Source of the DNA: Takakia lepidozioides
Lineage: Eukaryota; Plantae; Bryophyta
Reading direction: 5' to 3'
DNA: 64,000 nucleotides
Assembly: GCA_030704615.1 (NCBI GenBank)
Contig: CM060732.1
Span: 66,278,001 to 66,342,000, forward strand
Each line of letters begins with the position of its first letter. Position 1 is the first letter of the stretch. This document shows positions 59,767 to 64,000 of the stretch, one piece after another. The translations under genes and the position numbers were made by a program. Under the pieces are notes generated by a model. It was not told the DNA's origin. It worked only from the letters and a program-made list of their open reading frames with translations, and ran no database searches.

Positions 59767-59940
59767 CAGTCGACCCTGGATAATTACGTGTTTTTTTGTT
59801 ATATCATCATAAATATTATGATTTTCTTACTCTGTAAAAATATACACTAAGAATGACAAAAAGAGTGTTATTTGTTATTTGTCATTGAATACCTACTCTC
59901 CTCTTTGTTAAAACACCTCTGTAATTGTTACATTCAATAT
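59767..59940. mobile_element. Terminus of an element of the same family as the 10132-10540 MITE
   Basis: ta|cagtcgaccctggataa, and the next ~170 bp align with the reverse complement of 10380-10540. Confidence 0.7.
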
Positions 59941-60659
59941 ACACCTCTAAACTAGTTGGATCAAATAAGGAGTAATCCATTTTGGCCACTAGCAAATCAC
60001 CTCCATGAATGACAGCCCCTAAAGTTGGTGACACATTCACTTAACACTTAAGTAAGGTCAACACCAGTGTTGTTATGATATCTTGAATTGGAAATACCAT
60101 AAGGGTCTAGGTACGTAGTGCTTTTTTTTCTTAAAGGCAAGTAGGTTTTCCAATAATGGAGCCCCTGAATTTCAAGTACGAATCTGGTACGCATAGGTGG
60201 TTTTAAGAAAAAAATCAATCCGGATATGAGCAATGGTATCTGAATGTCAAGAACTTGGAAATATGAATTCGGATATGGTTAGGAAAATAATAATGAAATA
60301 AAACTGGTACTGGTATTCAAATTCAAACTCAATATTGAAATGGCCATTTGAATAGCCTAAATGACCCATTCCAATATTGAAATGGTCATTTGAACTATTA
60401 CACAAATTTTTTTAGTATCAACTTTTGTCCTTTATAGCCCCCTCTACTGCTCAGATTTGGGATGATGTGTACACAGACTTTGATAATTCATATGAATTAG
60501 CCAACTCATTCCAAAATTTTACAATTGATATCACAAACTCATTGTTGAATTGCTAATATGCTCCTGTAATTTTGGTTGTAACTGCACCCTTTAAGTGGGC
60601 CCCACTGCTTAAATGCTCACATTTGGATGTAACTACCTTACCCCAAAGTAAGAATGTGT

Positions 60660-62620
60660 TTTTTTAACGAGCTTCCAAATAGATATAAGATTTTAGGGGC
60701 ATAAAGTTTAAAAAAAATTATAAGTATAAATCACACAAAATATGCAGGAAAGTTTATGACCTATAAAACTTCAATCAAATAATATTTTAACCATAATTGT
60801 ATTATACCCAAAGCTGGAAAAATGATTTGAGTGAATTTCAAATATTTGAATGAGGTTTAGGGTATAGGAGTTTGGAGATGTAAAGATAATATGAAGTACG
60901 ATAAAATTGGACGAGTATGTAGAACATATAAGAATTTCCAAGTAAATATCTCGATGACTCTATCATATATATAAGCGGATAAAATGAATCAATGAACTTC
61001 AAATATAGAAACTACGTTTTAGGGTATACTAGGGTTTAGAACAAGCAAAAGTGTGAATGATACAAATAACGGGATACTATTTAGGACCAATACAAAATTT
61101 CAATCAAATATTCCAACAACTCTTAGTAGTATGCAACCCAAAGTTAGAAAAGAAATTTTTGAGTGAGCTTCAAACATTACAAAGATATTTTTGGGGTACT
61201 GGGCTTAGGCTTTTTGGGGTACTGGGCTTAGGCTATTAAGCTAAAGTATAGGTAAGAACAAATATGGAAAAATGGAACTTAGGATCTACAAAAATATCAA
61301 TTAAAAATCCAGACCACTTATTATAAAGTGAGTCAATGGGAGAAAAAAAATAATGAGCTTTAAACAATCAAAAAATATTTTTAGGGTGACATACTAGGAT
61401 TTAGGGTAAGCCAATTTGGTAGACAAACAAATTTACAAGAGTAATAAAGACATATAAAATCTCTCAATTAAATATCGTAAAATTCTATAGACTAAGTCCC
61501 CAAAGCTTAGTACTAGCCAAAAAATAAAATAAAATCTATTCAATGTAAACAAAGGGTTGAAAAATGCTTATAAGGAAGTTCCATACAAAATTGCTACCAA
61601 GTAGTACTAAGCAATTGTTTTAATGAGCTAATTCAGTCTTATACATGTTGGGATTAAAATTTGTTCCGACCACGTCCCCACTCTATTGTACCCCAAAGCT
61701 GAAAAATTTAGAAATGGGAGGAAAAACAAATCCAAAAAAATAATTTATAATTTATATTTTTTATTTTTTTTAAACGAGACTTGGGCTTCAAACATGGATA
61801 TGAGGTGGACAAAAATATCAATGAGAAACTAATATGGAAGAGACAGTTTGTGTACGAGGTCCTATAAAAACTTTCAAAAAACAACAACAGTGTATAGAAC
61901 CTGTAAAAACTCTCAATCAAATATCCCAACCTTGAATGCATTGTATTCCACAGTAGGAATTTGCTTTCTTAATAAGCTTCAAACATGGATATAAGGTTTT
62001 AGGGGCATAAAATTTATAAGAAAATATGAACCACATAAAAATATGCATGAATGTTTAGGACCTATAACATTCAACAATCAAGTCAATATAATATTCTAAC
62101 CATTATAATTTGTATTATACCCAAAGCTCAAAAATTGATTTGAATGAACTTCAAACATTTGAATCAGGTTTTGCGGTATAGGGTTTTGGATAAACAAAAG
62201 TACTTCAAGTAAAAAAACATATGGAAGAGTAAGAATTTCTAAGTAAATATCTCGATGACTCTGTCATACATGTGATTAATTGAGCTTCAAATGTAGCAAC
62301 TACGTTTTAGGCTATAGGGTTAAGGCTATAGGGTTAAGGCTATAGGGTTAAGTCTCCGGCAAAAGTATGAATGATAGGGGTAATGGGAGAGTGTAGGACC
62401 TATACAAATTTTCAATTAAATATTCCAACCACTATAGTATGCAACCTCAAAGTTAGAAAAACAATTAATTCTGAGTGTCAAGCTTCAAACATTACAAAGA
62501 TATTTTTATAGTACTAGGCTTAGGCTAAGCTAAAGTATATTAGATAAGAAACAAATATTATGAAAGAGTAACATTTAGGACCTATAAAAATGTCATTAAA
62601 AATTCCAAACCAATTCAAAA
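60660..62620 (+). repeat. AT-rich diverged direct repeats (~60660-61330 vs ~61965-62620) with short internal tandem units
   Basis: Shared blocks tgtattatacccaaagct, aagtaaatatctcgatgactct and gcttcaaacattacaaagatattttt. (ggctatagggttaa)x3 at ~62310. Confidence 0.8.
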
Positions 62621-62871
62621 AAAAAAATAGAAAAGTGTTTAGGAGATTATATGAAAACGACTAAGCAAAAGGTTTTTTTTTTAAATCCCAACCACTTTAA
62701 CAAAATTTATTCATACAAAATTTATTGAAAGTGGTCCAAAATTGGCTAGAAGAATGAACAACATTACAATTGAGTATAACAACTATTTTTTATCCATCAT
62801 TCAAAGTAATTGAGATTTAAAACATTACAAGAAAACAAGAAAGTTGGAGAGTTGTCTGCATTCATACCATT

Positions 62872-63530
62872 TTAGTTTTCATTATCTTGACGATTTGCTG
62901 GTTCCAAATTTGCTCTAGCACTGTCCGCCTCTCGAACAGTTATCTTTTTTGTGCTTGCTTTTGTCGTATTTTTTCTCGGTAGTATTGTCCACACTACATT
63001 GTCAACATGAATCCATTGAGCCCATTGGGTTGAACTCCCAATTTTTGGACCAACAATCTTTGTATCTATCTGCATCCGTAGGATTGCCCCCTTTCTTCGG
63101 TCTCCACCACTCCACAAAAAGCTTTTTGTAATTGCAATCTTCACTATCTCGTACAACATCCGATATGTCATTCCAATCCAAACAGGAAAAGTCTCCGTAT
63201 CATTTGGGCGAACAAGGACAAAGAATCCCTTCTCAATATCATTGAATGGATTCAACGGTATTTTCGGACGGTCACATCTTGGCAAAAAAAAAAAAAACCT
63301 TGATTCGATTTGTTCTACATATCTTCCTCTTCATCATCTTCATGCTCATCCTCCTCTTCCTCTTCCTTTTCCTCTTCCTCCTCCTCCTCTTCCTCGTCTT
63401 TTGTTGCTTCATCCTCATCTGCATCGTCGTCATCTGTTTCTTCTTCTTATTCCTTATCTTCCTCCTCATCCTCACCATCTTATGTTTCTTCCTCCTCTCC
63501 CTTATATCCTCTATCATTGTTTGTCCCACT
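62872..63530 (-). pseudogene. Degraded, probably TE-associated ORF: Asp/Glu-rich tract followed by an aromatic beta-rich domain
   Basis: A purine-rich tract encodes E/D runs with stops, followed by KGFFVLVRP..PVWIG..VEWWRP in shifted frames. Confidence 0.4.
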
Positions 63531-63860
63531 ACAAGAGATGAGCGTTTTTAGGACTACGGCTTTGGCGGAGTCATAAAAACTGCACTAGGTAGACGACTAC
63601 AAAGCGCTGAAATGCGTTGCAGTCATAGTTTTATGACTCTGTAGTAATGAATATTACTACATGACTCCGGAAAGTTAGGGAGCATTGGTCAAACATTGTT
63701 GACCATGATGACAGGGATGGTTTATATGACTAGTGTGATATGTTTGACTACACATGGACGTCGTTTCATGGAATCTTATGACTCCATGACTGAAGATGGT
63801 TTCACAACTCTATTTATACGACTACATCACTACACGTGTCATTTTGAAGGCACATATAAT

Positions 63861-63965
63861 GCTAATAAGGTTGCCCATTAGGTTTAAAAAAATTAAAAAG
63901 TTACTAATAAGGTTGCCCATTAGGTTTAAAAAAATTAAAAAGTTGCTAATAAGGTTGTCCATTAG
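63861..63965 (+). repeat. 42-bp tandem repeat x2.5
   Basis: ctaataaggttgcccattaggtttaaaaaaattaaaaagtt. Confidence 0.9.
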
Positions 63966-64000
63966 GGTAATCGTGAACAGATAGAAGGGCTGGGACTTGG

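Noticed and set aside
62305-62352. Telomere-like tagggtt repeats
   Set aside because: A 14-bp unit inside a larger AT-rich repeat, not a TTTAGGG array.
63242-63576. Poly-Ser, poly-Pro/Leu and Arg/Lys-rich ORFs
   Set aside because: Alternative readings of a single low-complexity GAR/GAY tract.

Overview
Eukaryotic nuclear DNA from a land plant, most likely a non-seed plant such as a bryophyte (inferred from the PLS-PPR consensus and the kinase family). The window is repeat-rich and shows gene birth-and-death. From 5' to 3' it contains: a class II KNOX gene with MEINOX exons but no homeodomain found, facing an inverted paralogous KNOX1 exon; LINE/SINE/MITE debris; an orphan GT4 exon; tRNA-Ser(GCU); a 4-exon, probably organelle-targeted RanBP2 zinc-finger gene with a long Pro-rich repeat array, head-to-head with a disrupted PLS-E-DYW PPR gene; a predicted spliced helical-domain/kinase/pseudokinase tandem kinase gene; an open PLS-E PPR ORF plus several PPR relics; a decayed Copia element with an internal inversion and a nested TTAA-flanked piggyBac-like insert; a CYP703-like P450 with an atypical I-helix, duplicated together with a PPR 3' end; and an AT-rich transposon-like tail. 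Splice models were read by eye from GT/AG sites and reading phase. No database search was run.
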